DNA of 64,000 nt from Candidatus Obscuribacteraceae bacterium (lineage in GTDB: Bacteria > Cyanobacteriota > Vampirovibrionia > Obscuribacterales > Obscuribacteraceae), in assembly GCA_044226015.1 (NCBI GenBank), contig JBGAHS010000003.1, positions 64,001-128,000 of the forward strand, written 5' to 3'. Numbering within the stretch: position 1 is the stretch's first letter; every line of letters begins with the position of its first letter. Under the pieces are notes generated by a model that ran no database searches, was not told where the DNA came from, and saw only the letters and a program-made list of their open reading frames with translations. Below, piece after piece: positions 10,061 to 19,813 of the stretch. The position numbers were made by a program, and so were the translations under genes.

Positions 10061-10263
10061 AATTTGATAATAGCTCCAAACCTCGTAAATGGCGAAAAAC
10101 GAAATCTGAAATTTTCGCATCGCACAATCGACAATTCAGGAGGACACCTTTAGAGACTGTTCTCTCAATCGCCTTCGAAATACAGTCTTTTGCTAGTTCA
10201 AGAAAAAAGCCGAAATCTAGAGAACCAATTACTAATGCTTAAAACACTCGTCTGCTGATTCAG

Positions 10264-12579
10264 CTACTCATGCTTGAACACTTGTCGATTTTCCAACTCG
10301 TTAAAGATGGAATTGGCTCGCACTCTTTTGCTTCTTTCCATAAATTGCTGAGTCATGCTTCCACCATCAAGTAATTTCAATTCCTTACCTGGTGTCGGAT
10401 TTGGAGTCACAGTCTCTACGCTCGGCGCCGGTTTCTCAACAACCTTAGGTAAACCGCTAGGCTTGGTCAAATAATCATGCGCGTAGTCATAAACATAACT
10501 ACCGCCAATTTCCGAACCCTCACCCAGCAGTTTATCAAATACAGTTGTAGTCGCAATCCCACCAGCGAGTTGCAAGCCAAAGCGAGCTGGCGCATATGGC
10601 ACCCAGCTAGTAGCCTTCTGTATGATTCCTCTTCCAATTTCAAAACTCAGATAATCACCAGCCACACGAGTGAGCTTACCTACACCGTAGGAGTTTCCTT
10701 GCTTGAAGGCAGAAGGCAAATCATTTATGTAAGCAAACGCTCCTAGTGCAGCTAGCCCTGTTCCTGCCCGCAAAGTTATGCCGCCAAGGCGAGTTTCACT
10801 CAGCTGAAGTGCTTTTGCAGCACCAGGAAGTCCCCATTCACTTAGATATCCTAACCCACCACGGACTGCCCAAGGAGCAGTCGCACTCAAACCAAAGCCC
10901 AATCCTTTTGCAGACAATGCCGTGTACGTAGGCTTGATTGTGTCCTTCCATGCCAATCCATCAAGGGCGTGCTTTGCTTTATCCTTGAAAAAATCCAGTC
11001 CGGGCATTTGACTCATTGCGCTCCATATCTCACTCACCGGCAATTTTGAGCGTTGCCCTGGAAGTCCCGTAAAATCATTAGAGGATCCCCATTGATTATC
11101 TACGCTTACCTCTTGCTTTTCAGGATCATAATCCGTGATCGTTACCACATGAGGACCAAAGCCCTTTCCATCCCCAAAGGGCTTTTTAGCAGCATCCACT
11201 GAAATGATCACAGGAAAAGCATTCTGCTGCTTCAACTCAAGCAAGCGCTCTTTAAAGCCGCCAAGTGTCATCAATTTTGTGATGCCTTCACTTTCGGAAG
11301 GGTAAACCCATCTTTCAACTCCAAAATTCTTTGAGGGGCGCCCAGTAATCTGTTGATTAATTTCAGAGACTCCACGCACATCCAACCATGGATGATCGGC
11401 ATCCACAGTGGCAAAACTTTGCTTCTGGGGCGGATTCACCGAAGTATCGAGCAAGAACTCACCATGTTCATCCTGAGCATATTGAATTTTTCCCTTACCG
11501 GGAGTTTTGCCTCCCGGCAGCGTCTCACGCCTATTCCAATATATGTTGATCGCTGTCAGCTGAAAAATCTGACTTGCATAGTTTCTTGAACCATCCCAAT
11601 TCGGATACGTTTTCGCCTCACCGTCAGGATCAAGATTCAGGGGTTTCACAACTGTTCCGTCTGCACTTACAAATTGCCCCCCGACAGCTACATCAGCTAC
11701 AACCTTGGATGCTAACCCAGGCTCTTGTGCAAACAAACGCACCTGCATCGTTGTCACATTGCAAGTATTGTGCCCACCCTGATCAATGCTGGTTGGGACA
11801 GCGACGTTTGCAAGCAGGGAGTGGGCCAAAACGGCTCTATGACCATGTTCAAGCTTCAACGAAGGATCCAAAACGCGCCCTAGCTGCAGATAAGTGTTAA
11901 TTGCTTCAGAATCAGAAAGTCCTTTGCTACGCTCGTCGAACTTTGTCAATTTTTCAGCGAAGTCTTTGCGTCGCCCTGGATCGGTAATAGCCATATCAGC
12001 ATGACTCAATATGCGCTGCCGAAGCTCAGCCTTTAACTGCGCAAACTCCTCCGGTCGATCGCCTTTGATTTCCTTGAGCAAATCTGATGTCGAACTTCCA
12101 GCAGTAATTTCTCTTATTCCACTATCAAAAAGAGCGTCACCTAATTTTGGCTTGAGGAACGATTGAATTTCAGCCTGCTTGATTGAACGTTCGTTATCTG
12201 CGGTAGCTACTGAAAGCTCCATGCGAAGCGTGTTAACAGTTGTTCTATCAGCAGGAGAAAGTTGAGAGAGTACACGGTTTTTCTCTCCACTCCGAACGAC
12301 CTCAGGTTTTGTATCCTCAGTCTTTGGCGGCGCAATTTCCTTTTCTGCAATCTTTGTGGCAGCCTTTGCATTTCTCTCTTCCACCACTCCTTGCAGTGGC
12401 GAAGGAGGGGTCCAATCTTTTGTGAGTTCTTGCCCGCGTTTGAGCAAAGCTTCAGGAAGTTTTGATTCCATCTGCAGACTACGCGGAATACCAATCGCAT
12501 CTTGAATCAGCTCTGATGAGCTCGAATCACCGGCACTGCTTTTTTCCTTCGATGAATCAGCAGCTCTAAAATCGGGCAT
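10264..12579 (-). CDS. Large protein with a papain-like cysteine peptidase domain and a Gly-rich hydrophobic C-terminal region
   Basis: IDQGGHNTCNVTT (Gln/Cys) and GPHVVTITDYD...VDNQWG (His/Asn); start set at ATG 12579 (GGGGAG RBS); no signal peptide. Confidence 0.7.
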   Translation of the reverse strand: MPDFRAADSSKEKSSAGDSSSSELIQDAIGIPRSLQMESKLPEALLKRGQELTKDWTPPSPLQGVVEERNAKAATKIAEKEIAPPKTEDTKPEVVRSGEKNRVLSQLSPADRTTVNTLRMELSVATADNERSIKQAEIQSFLKPKLGDALFDSGIREITAGSSTSDLLKEIKGDRPEEFAQLKAELRQRILSHADMAITDPGRRKDFAEKLTKFDERSKGLSDSEAINTYLQLGRVLDPSLKLEHGHRAVLAHSLLANVAVPTSIDQGGHNTCNVTTMQVRLFAQEPGLASKVVADVAVGGQFVSADGTVVKPLNLDPDGEAKTYPNWDGSRNYASQIFQLTAINIYWNRRETLPGGKTPGKGKIQYAQDEHGEFLLDTSVNPPQKQSFATVDADHPWLDVRGVSEINQQITGRPSKNFGVERWVYPSESEGITKLMTLGGFKERLLELKQQNAFPVIISVDAAKKPFGDGKGFGPHVVTITDYDPEKQEVSVDNQWGSSNDFTGLPGQRSKLPVSEIWSAMSQMPGLDFFKDKAKHALDGLAWKDTIKPTYTALSAKGLGFGLSATAPWAVRGGLGYLSEWGLPGAAKALQLSETRLGGITLRAGTGLAALGAFAYINDLPSAFKQGNSYGVGKLTRVAGDYLSFEIGRGIIQKATSWVPYAPARFGLQLAGGIATTTVFDKLLGEGSEIGGSYVYDYAHDYLTKPSGLPKVVEKPAPSVETVTPNPTPGKELKLLDGGSMTQQFMERSKRVRANSIFNELENRQVFKHE

Positions 12580-12981
12580 TGTGATCTCTCCCCAGTTAAT
12601 ACCGGCCCACGACAGTGATCCTATGTGAATCACCCCAACTGCGACTGCATGATTATGTAGATCTCTAAAAGTAATCTACGTAGTTCCCCGCCCCTAGCGG
12701 CTGGAAACGCAGCCTTTCTTAATCCGCACTTAGAAAAAGCTGTAAATATCGCAAATTTCGGTATTTCGAGCACAAGCATCCACTAAACTTTTCGAGGAAA
12801 TCGAAAAGTTGCAAATGAGAAACCGTCCCCAATTCTGAATAATTTTTCAAGCACGCTCCGTTTGAGTCGGACAGAATGACAAAAGTCCATAGAAGCCCTT
12901 GAAACCGAACTCGAGAACGAATTTAGACGCTAGCGACGTTCAACCTCAGATGAAAAATTCACCGAGCCTGCATCATCCATG

Positions 12982-13150
12982 CAAAGCCTCTATCGCCACC
13001 AAAGCCTTTAATCACTGCCAAAGCCTTAATCGCAGGCCTTCAATCACCAGCCTTCAATCACCACCAAAGCCTTTAATCACTGCCAAAGCCTTAATCGCAA
13101 GCCTTCAATCACCAGCCTTCAATCACAACAAAGCCTTAGTCACCAGCTCA
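12982..13150. repeat. 65-bp duplication built from degenerate aagcc(t)t(c)aatcac subunits
   Basis: ccaccaaagcctttaatcactgccaaagccttaatcgca at 12996 and 13061. Confidence 0.8.
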
Positions 13151-13258
13151 AGATTTCCACCATTCAGTCCTCAGCCTCATTGATCAACGCAAAACCCCAA
13201 ACGCCCAACATCTACAGCGACTTTGTTAATAGGCTCAACCATAAGCATCGTCAAGCTC

Positions 13259-13797
13259 AAAGTAAGAACTGAGTCGCTCCCCTCATCACTAAAGCAAACT
13301 TCAATCCTAAAGTAAGAACTCAGTCGCTCCCCCCTATCACTAAAGCAAACCTCAATCCTAAAGTAAGAACTCAGTCGCTCCCCCCTATCACTAAAGCAAA
13401 CCTCAATCCTAAATTAAGAACTCAGTCGCTCCCCCTATCACTAGAGCAAGCATCAATCCTAAATTAAGAACTCAGTCGCTCCCCCTATCACTAGAGCAAG
13501 CATCAATCCTAAAGTAAGAACTCAGTCGCTCCCCCTATCACTAGAGCAAGCATCAATTCTAAGGTAAGAACTCAGTCGCTCCCCCTATCACTAGAGCAAG
13601 CATCAATCCTAAAGTAATAACTCATCGCTCCCCTCGTCACTAAAGCAAACCTCAACCTAAAAAGAACTAAGTCGCTCCCTATCACTAGAGCAAGCATACG
13701 AAGTTAGCAGCATGGTCATTCATGCGCAGTCACTGCCAACAAATAAAGAAAACAATCCTAAATTAAGAACTCAATTGATACACTAGAGCAAACATCA
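13259..13797. repeat. Intergenic 50/51-bp tandem repeat, ~9 copies plus a partial copy
   Basis: Unit aatcctaaagtaagaactcagtcgctccccctatcactagagcaagcatc; the agtaagaact anchor (or a variant) is at 13261, 13311, 13362, 13413, 13463, 13513, 13563, 13613; length varies in the C-run. Confidence 0.95.
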
Positions 13798-13811
13798 GTA
13801 GAGCATCAACT

Positions 13812-14408
13812 ATGAACCACCAAGAGAAGACTTCATTCAGTAAATCCACCGGACTGAAACTGCTGCTGGCAATCTTATTGCTGAGCTCGCAGATTCTCTT
13901 GGAAGCTCAGTCAAAAGGAAAGCATGAGCCCACATGGGAAGAAATGACAATCAAAGGAAACGAATATCGAGAACGCAATAAATTCTTTGAAGCAAGACGA
14001 AATTATGAAGTCGCCTTAAAAATTGAGGACAAACTAGACATTCACGACCTGCGACGAGCGATCATTTTGCATGATATCGCCGAGTCTTATCGCGGAGAAA
14101 CCAACTTTTATCGCGCCAAAATGACTGAAGTAGAATCGCACGCCATCTATAAAGAAGAAATCAAAAATAAACAACTCGGCTACGAATACACCTCGAAAAA
14201 ACCAATCCAAATGCACTCAGGCTCTCTTCGCCCTGCCTGTTATCTTTGTCATGAAAACTGGAAAGTCGTTCCAATTTTATACGGGGAGAGCACCGGTTAT
14301 GATGGCGAAATCCCCGAAGAGTCTTCGTCTGACTTTACTCATAAACACGGTGGCAAAGAACCGGCTGACCAGCGTTGGTATTGCAGAGAATGCCGCCAAA
14401 GCTTCTGA
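13812..14408 (+). CDS. Exported protein with TPR-like helices and a C-terminal CxxC...CxxC zinc ribbon
   Basis: Signal-like LKLLLAILLLSSQILLEA; GNEYRERNKFFEARRNYEVALKI; CYLC...VVPILYG...WYCRECRQSF. Confidence 0.7.
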   Translation: MNHQEKTSFSKSTGLKLLLAILLLSSQILLEAQSKGKHEPTWEEMTIKGNEYRERNKFFEARRNYEVALKIEDKLDIHDLRRAIILHDIAESYRGETNFYRAKMTEVESHAIYKEEIKNKQLGYEYTSKKPIQMHSGSLRPACYLCHENWKVVPILYGESTGYDGEIPEESSSDFTHKHGGKEPADQRWYCRECRQSF

Positions 14409-14850
14409 GCCTGATACATTGAATAATCACTGTGGCATCTTTCATGATCACAGCAAAGCTTCTGCGCTTGATACACTGAACAATCACGAGTGGCATCTCT
14501 CTTGATCACAGCAAAGCTTCTGCGCTTGATACACTGAACAATCACGAGTGGCATCTTTCATGATCACAGCAAAGCTTCTGCGCTTGATACATTGAATAAT
14601 CACTGTGGCATCTTTCTGATCACAGCAAAGCTTCTGCGCTCGATACATTGAATAATCACGGTGGCACCCCTCATAATCCCAGCAAAGCTTCTGCGCTTGA
14701 TACACTGAACAATCACGGTGGCCCCCCTCTTAATCCCAGCAAAGCTTCTGCGCTCGATACATTGAATAATCACGGTGGCACCCCTCATAATCCCAGCAAA
14801 GCTTCTGCGCTCGATACATTGAACAATCACGAGTGGCATCTCTCATGATG
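14396..14850. repeat. Intergenic 56-58-bp tandem repeat, 8 copies, starting in the last codons of the upstream gene
   Basis: aaagcttctg at 14398, 14455, 14513, 14571, 14627, 14684, 14741, 14798. Confidence 0.95.
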
Positions 14851-15093
14851 CCACCATAAATATAAACCGCAGCTCATCTGGCGACTGAAGAGTGGCTCAC
14901 AGCCTTTAATAAGCGCTCATAAAAATTGGTCCCAGTGGGACAACCCGCATCCCTTCGCTTGGATAATATCGCAAGGTATATATACTTGACATGGGGTATC
15001 GGGGATGAGGCTGGTGTTCATATTTGTAGTCAACCACAGGTTGACTGAGCCAACTCATCTGGCGCAAACCGCCATTAGATAAGGAACACAAGT

Positions 15094-17010
15094 ATGGGCG
15101 TAACGCAAGAAATCGATCACAGGGCCAGCAAGGACAGTGGTGCCGAAAAGCTCACTGGCAATTCCGATGCTAATGGAATTGCTCTAGACGCTGGAAAAAT
15201 TTGGATGACTCTGGCTGCCGCGCACGACCATGGTCAAAAATCGCCTCGAATACCTGGCTTACCCGATCTTGATGTTCACAGCAAGGCCGAATCAAATCCC
15301 GACAACAAGGGTCACCACACCGTCGCAGAGGAGATGCTGGACGACCTGAACACTCTTATGCAAACCAATGGCAAGGTTGATGTTCTGAATCAGCAAGCAG
15401 CCAAATCGCTCGACGGAACTCACAAAAACGGAGACCTACCAGTAATACAAACCGATAAGTTGCCGCCCGGCAAAATCGGAATCATCATGACTAAAAACCC
15501 TGATGGTCACACGTACTACACACCATTCATTTCTGCTGGCGGCGACGCACAAGCACGACCAGACTCATCAATAAAAATCAACGACTCAGCTGCACGAGAG
15601 CTAAAAATTGATGAGGCACTGAAGAAAGGTCAAAATCCCAAGCTTGATATTTTTGCTTTCAATTTAGAAGATGACGAAAGGCACGGCATTATCATGCCGC
15701 GCACGAAGGACGACTTGCATGAGTTAGTGCTGGAGAAGCTCCATAATCTTGCCGAGGATGAAAGAGAGAGAATTGCTCTTGAGCGAGTTAAGGAACAACA
15801 AACACGTCCTGAAGCACCAAAGCCAGATCCTGAATTTGGATATCGCAGAACCGAAAGAAGCCCAGAAGAACTGCGCAAAATATCCGAAGACTTCGCAAAA
15901 CAAGCACGGGCATTCATGGATGCAGCTGAACCAGCTGGCATTCAAGAGCGAATGAAAGCCGCAGAACAACAAGCACAAAAGGAAATCACACAGTATCAAG
16001 GCGAACTGAACAAAAAGGCAGCGGAGGAAACTCGCGCAGTTAGAGAAGCCTCACGCCTTGAAAAACAGGCTCAACAAATACTAAATCCTGAAAGCGACAA
16101 GGCCAAGAAGCTGGCGCCACGGGTTTCAGCAGCTCAGGAAAAAGCTGAGGCTGCCACCACTGCCAAACAACTCGCGGATTACAATTTATCGTATGCACAG
16201 CAGGAATTGAGAATTTCCAAAGACGAAGCTCTATTCACCAGACACATGCAAGCCAAGGCAAGTGCAGCGGCGATCATGTCATTGAACCCCGATATGGAAG
16301 GGGCGCTCAAAGGTCACAGATTCGTGTTGAACGCCGGCCACTATCCAGAAGATCCGAAATTTCCGGGATTCGAATATGACGGCACAGCAGAATGGAAGCT
16401 CAACCACGAATCAGAAGATGTGGCCGGCGCTATGGTCAAAATGGCCGGTGGAGCAGTTAAGTTAGTCAACCAAGCAGATCTCAAAGACCGCACCATGACT
16501 GGACTTGCCAATGCAATCAAAGCTGCGAAGCCAGAGGTAGCAGTGGGAATTCACCACGATGATGGCGAAAATAGAGAAGCCGACATCATGAAAGGCACAC
16601 TCACACTTGAGTGCGGTAAAACTACAGGAGCATGGAGCACAGACTTTGCCAACGCAGCGCACATGGCAAAACTGAACTATGCAGGTCTGCCGGAAAAGGT
16701 CAACAAGAACGGCGTTCCTGTTGGAATTCGTGAGCAATGCGGCAGAGGCGTACAAGGCAGAAATGTTGGCGCTCCATTCATTCTCGATGAACAGCTTTCA
16801 ACACAGAAGGACATGTGGAAGCTGGCTCGCGATCCGAAAGCAAATGCACAAATTCAATTTGCAAGAGTGGTGGCATTCTACGAATACGTAAACAAAATGC
16901 CCAGATACAAAACGACTCCTGACACTGCACAAGAATACAAAGACAAGATCTGGAGCAAAACCACAGTAGACGATGTCTTCAAGCGTCACCCCAAAGTTGG
17001 TGACTGGTAA
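15094..17010 (+). CDS. Coiled-coil protein with a C-terminal N-acetylmuramoyl-L-alanine amidase (Amidase_3-like) domain
   Basis: FVLNAGH, AEWKLN, VAVGIHHD, PFILDE give the H/E/H/E pattern; no signal peptide. Confidence 0.7.
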   Translation: MGVTQEIDHRASKDSGAEKLTGNSDANGIALDAGKIWMTLAAAHDHGQKSPRIPGLPDLDVHSKAESNPDNKGHHTVAEEMLDDLNTLMQTNGKVDVLNQQAAKSLDGTHKNGDLPVIQTDKLPPGKIGIIMTKNPDGHTYYTPFISAGGDAQARPDSSIKINDSAARELKIDEALKKGQNPKLDIFAFNLEDDERHGIIMPRTKDDLHELVLEKLHNLAEDERERIALERVKEQQTRPEAPKPDPEFGYRRTERSPEELRKISEDFAKQARAFMDAAEPAGIQERMKAAEQQAQKEITQYQGELNKKAAEETRAVREASRLEKQAQQILNPESDKAKKLAPRVSAAQEKAEAATTAKQLADYNLSYAQQELRISKDEALFTRHMQAKASAAAIMSLNPDMEGALKGHRFVLNAGHYPEDPKFPGFEYDGTAEWKLNHESEDVAGAMVKMAGGAVKLVNQADLKDRTMTGLANAIKAAKPEVAVGIHHDDGENREADIMKGTLTLECGKTTGAWSTDFANAAHMAKLNYAGLPEKVNKNGVPVGIREQCGRGVQGRNVGAPFILDEQLSTQKDMWKLARDPKANAQIQFARVVAFYEYVNKMPRYKTTPDTAQEYKDKIWSKTTVDDVFKRHPKVGDW

Positions 17011-17088
17011 GTCTAGGGTTAACCCCAGTCCACTTGAGCGCAAATCCCATAACGCATTCGCTCTGGCATGCCAGAATGGAAGTGAGCC

Positions 17089-19722
17089 TTGGCGTGCTCA
17101 CGACCCGCAATTCTGGCGAGAACAATGGAATACATTCGCGCGCCTGAACCGTTGGTTCAGTTGATTATGCTGTCAATTTTCATGTTTCTGTCCGGCTACC
17201 AATTCGGTAAGCGGGCGCTACCGACAGGCAATTCAAACCACACAATAGCACAACAGACTCCGAAACAAAGACGACCACCACGCAAACATCTTAACAGCTG
17301 GCTCTTACCAAACATCAAGCTCCTCAGAGTTGAACCGAGTCCAGCACAGTCCAAACATGAGAACATTGACCAACGGCGGGAAAGATACATAGGCGAATTC
17401 CAACAGATTGAAAATGAGCGCCGACGAATTGCAAAGGAACTGCACGACGAAATACTTCCCCAACTATCAAGGTTAAAACGAAAACTTGAGAAAGCGGAAG
17501 CAAGCGAAACGCAGCAACTAAGCATTTCAACCCTGCACATATGCATAGACGCTTTCAGAGATCTTCTCGGCGAATTACATCCGGTAGATCTGGAAGAGTT
17601 TGGATTGGTCTCAGCCATCAGCAACATTTGCAGCCGACATGCTCGCCTCACAGGACTTCTAATCAACTGCATCGAACGCATTGAAGACTTCAATCTGTCA
17701 GATCAACAGGCGCTTTATCTGTACAGAGCATTTCAGATAGTAATGCAACTCTTCTCTTCATCTGGCAACGACATGCTTTTAGTCACTTGTGAGCGCACAG
17801 GCTCCTCGCAAAACCAAAACCAGATAACGCTTAGATCCATAGACCGCAGAGTTGAAAGCGCAGACTGGCTCGGCGAAGGTATGCCAGGCTTCCTAGAATT
17901 CGAAATGCTGTGTGAAATAGCAGGAGCAAAAGTAGAGTTTAACCAAAAACGCAAAGACGGCTACCCCATCGACATTGTTTTAACATTCAGTGCTGCCAAT
18001 GAAAGCTCCGGCAAAGGGCTTGGAAAAACAACAGCTCACGAAGCTCTTCCGGATCTCATAGCGCTAACAGACTCCAGAGCTCTTAGAGAATCCGCAGCCC
18101 TAACAGACGACTCCGTAGCTCTAACAGATCACGCAACCCAAACAGACGACTCCGTAGCTCTCACAGAGTCCGCAGCCCTAACGGATCCCATAGCTCTTCC
18201 AGACTCCGCAGCTCTTACAGAGTCCGCAGCCCTAACGGATCCCATAGCTCTTCCAGACTCCGCAGCTCTTACAGAGTCCGCAGCCCTAGCGGATCCCGCA
18301 GCCCTAACGGATCCCGTAGCTCTTCCAGACTCCGCAGCTCTTACAGAGTCCGCAGCTCTTACAGAGTCCGCAGCCCTAGCGGATCCCGCAGCCCTAACAG
18401 ACGACTCCGTAGCTCTAACAGACGACTCCGTAGCTCTAACAGATCCCGCAACCCTAACAGACGACTCCGTAGCTCTAACAGATCCCGCAACCCTAACAGA
18501 CGACTCCGTAGCTCTCACAGAGTCCGCAGCCCTAACAGACTCCAGAGCTCCTAGAGAATCCGCAGCCCTAACGGATCCCGTAGCTCTTCCAGACTCCGCA
18601 GCCCTAACAGACTCCACCGCTCTTAGAGAATCCGCAGCTCTTACAGAGTCCGCAGCCCTAGCGGATCCCATAGCCCTAACGGATCCCGTAGCTCTTCCAG
18701 ACTCCACAGCTCTTACAGAGTCCGCAGCCCTAGCGGATCACGTAACTCTTCCAGACTCCACAGCTCTTACAGAGTCCGCAGCCCTAGCGGATCACGTAGC
18801 TCTTCCAGAGTCCAAAACTATTTGGTTGAACTGCAAAAAGGGATACACACAAGTAACACGCTACGCAAAAGTAATCGGCTCTCCTCAAGAAACAAAAGCC
18901 ACAGAAGCTGCACGAATTGCGAATAGCGGTTCCACCACATCAAACGGATCAGCACAAGCAAACGGATCAGCACAAGCAAACGGATCAGCACAAGCAAACG
19001 GATCAACACGACCGCAGGCAACCGAGTCAACAGGTATAAACGCATCAAGCAAAAAAACAAGAACAAGCGGATTAACCGAACCTGCAGAACTCTCCTTGGA
19101 AGAAGAGCGAAATAGAATAACAAGGCTGATCAAGATCATGACCCTCCCGCAAATCGAAAGACTGTCACTCTGCGCCAGACAAAGTGAATCCGCTAAAGAC
19201 AATTCAATCAGCAGTTTTGTACAATCGATCCACTCCAGACTAGAAAATATTATCGCAAACCACCACCCGGCAGCTTTGTTCGACAAGACCATATCCTCGG
19301 CTATAAAAACACTGTTAGTGAATTTTCACCAGGCAACATGCACCTCATTCATAATGATTACGAGCCCAGCATTCCACGGCTTACAAGTCGACGTAGCTAC
19401 AACACTCGCTATCTATCGCATCACACAAGAAGCACTAAACAACATCGAAAAGCACTCTGATGCAAACTGTGTCCGCGTAACTGCCGTCGAACACGACGAG
19501 ATAATTGAATTCAATATTGAAGACGATGGTCGTGGCATCAGTCTCAAACCAGATCAAGAACACCGCGGACTGCGCATCATGAAGGAACGAGCAAGCGACA
19601 TAGGTGCAGAATTCAAAATTAGCACAGCATATAGTTTTGCACAGGGAACCCTGATTTCAATTTCGCTACCAAAGACGAAACTGCAGTCGAAGCTTAGGGA
19701 GAACCCCAAATCGTTCTTGTAG
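17089..19722 (+). CDS. NarX/HisKA_3-type histidine kinase with two tandem, complementarily degenerate kinase modules joined by a repeat linker
   Basis: One N-terminal TM; ERRRIAKELHDEILPQL (His codon 17443); C-terminal YRITQEALNNIEKHS, IEDDGRGI, GLRIMKERA; likely start ATG 17125. Confidence 0.85.
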   Translation: MACSRPAILARTMEYIRAPEPLVQLIMLSIFMFLSGYQFGKRALPTGNSNHTIAQQTPKQRRPPRKHLNSWLLPNIKLLRVEPSPAQSKHENIDQRRERYIGEFQQIENERRRIAKELHDEILPQLSRLKRKLEKAEASETQQLSISTLHICIDAFRDLLGELHPVDLEEFGLVSAISNICSRHARLTGLLINCIERIEDFNLSDQQALYLYRAFQIVMQLFSSSGNDMLLVTCERTGSSQNQNQITLRSIDRRVESADWLGEGMPGFLEFEMLCEIAGAKVEFNQKRKDGYPIDIVLTFSAANESSGKGLGKTTAHEALPDLIALTDSRALRESAALTDDSVALTDHATQTDDSVALTESAALTDPIALPDSAALTESAALTDPIALPDSAALTESAALADPAALTDPVALPDSAALTESAALTESAALADPAALTDDSVALTDDSVALTDPATLTDDSVALTDPATLTDDSVALTESAALTDSRAPRESAALTDPVALPDSAALTDSTALRESAALTESAALADPIALTDPVALPDSTALTESAALADHVTLPDSTALTESAALADHVALPESKTIWLNCKKGYTQVTRYAKVIGSPQETKATEAARIANSGSTTSNGSAQANGSAQANGSAQANGSTRPQATESTGINASSKKTRTSGLTEPAELSLEEERNRITRLIKIMTLPQIERLSLCARQSESAKDNSISSFVQSIHSRLENIIANHHPAALFDKTISSAIKTLLVNFHQATCTSFIMITSPAFHGLQVDVATTLAIYRITQEALNNIEKHSDANCVRVTAVEHDEIIEFNIEDDGRGISLKPDQEHRGLRIMKERASDIGAEFKISTAYSFAQGTLISISLPKTKLQSKLRENPKSFL
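18060..18810. repeat. In-frame 18/21-bp degenerate tandem repeat, ~40 units (ALTESA/ALTDPV/ALPDSA/ALTDDSV) inside the kinase
   Basis: gctcttacagagtccgca / gccctaacggatcccgta variants repeated. Confidence 0.95.
18943..19005. repeat. In-frame 18-bp repeat, 3.5 copies (NGSAQA)
   Basis: aacggatcagcacaagca at 18943, 18961, 18979, partial at 18997. Confidence 0.9.
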
Positions 19723-19813
19723 GGCTCCTCAGTAACAAGTCCAATCCAAATTGAAATAATCCAAATAGACCACTGGCGCAGACGACTCATAAGCGCCTGG
19801 CAAAGAGGATCCC

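Noticed and set aside
14251..14848. Several short ORFs on both strands
   Set aside because: They are translations of the 57-bp repeat, and the frame shifts between units.
13259..14850. Possible CRISPR arrays
   Set aside because: Units are near-identical along their whole length with no unique spacers, and no cas genes were recognised; these are tandem repeats.
18129..18707. 192-aa antisense repeat ORF
   Set aside because: Shadow of the kinase linker repeat.
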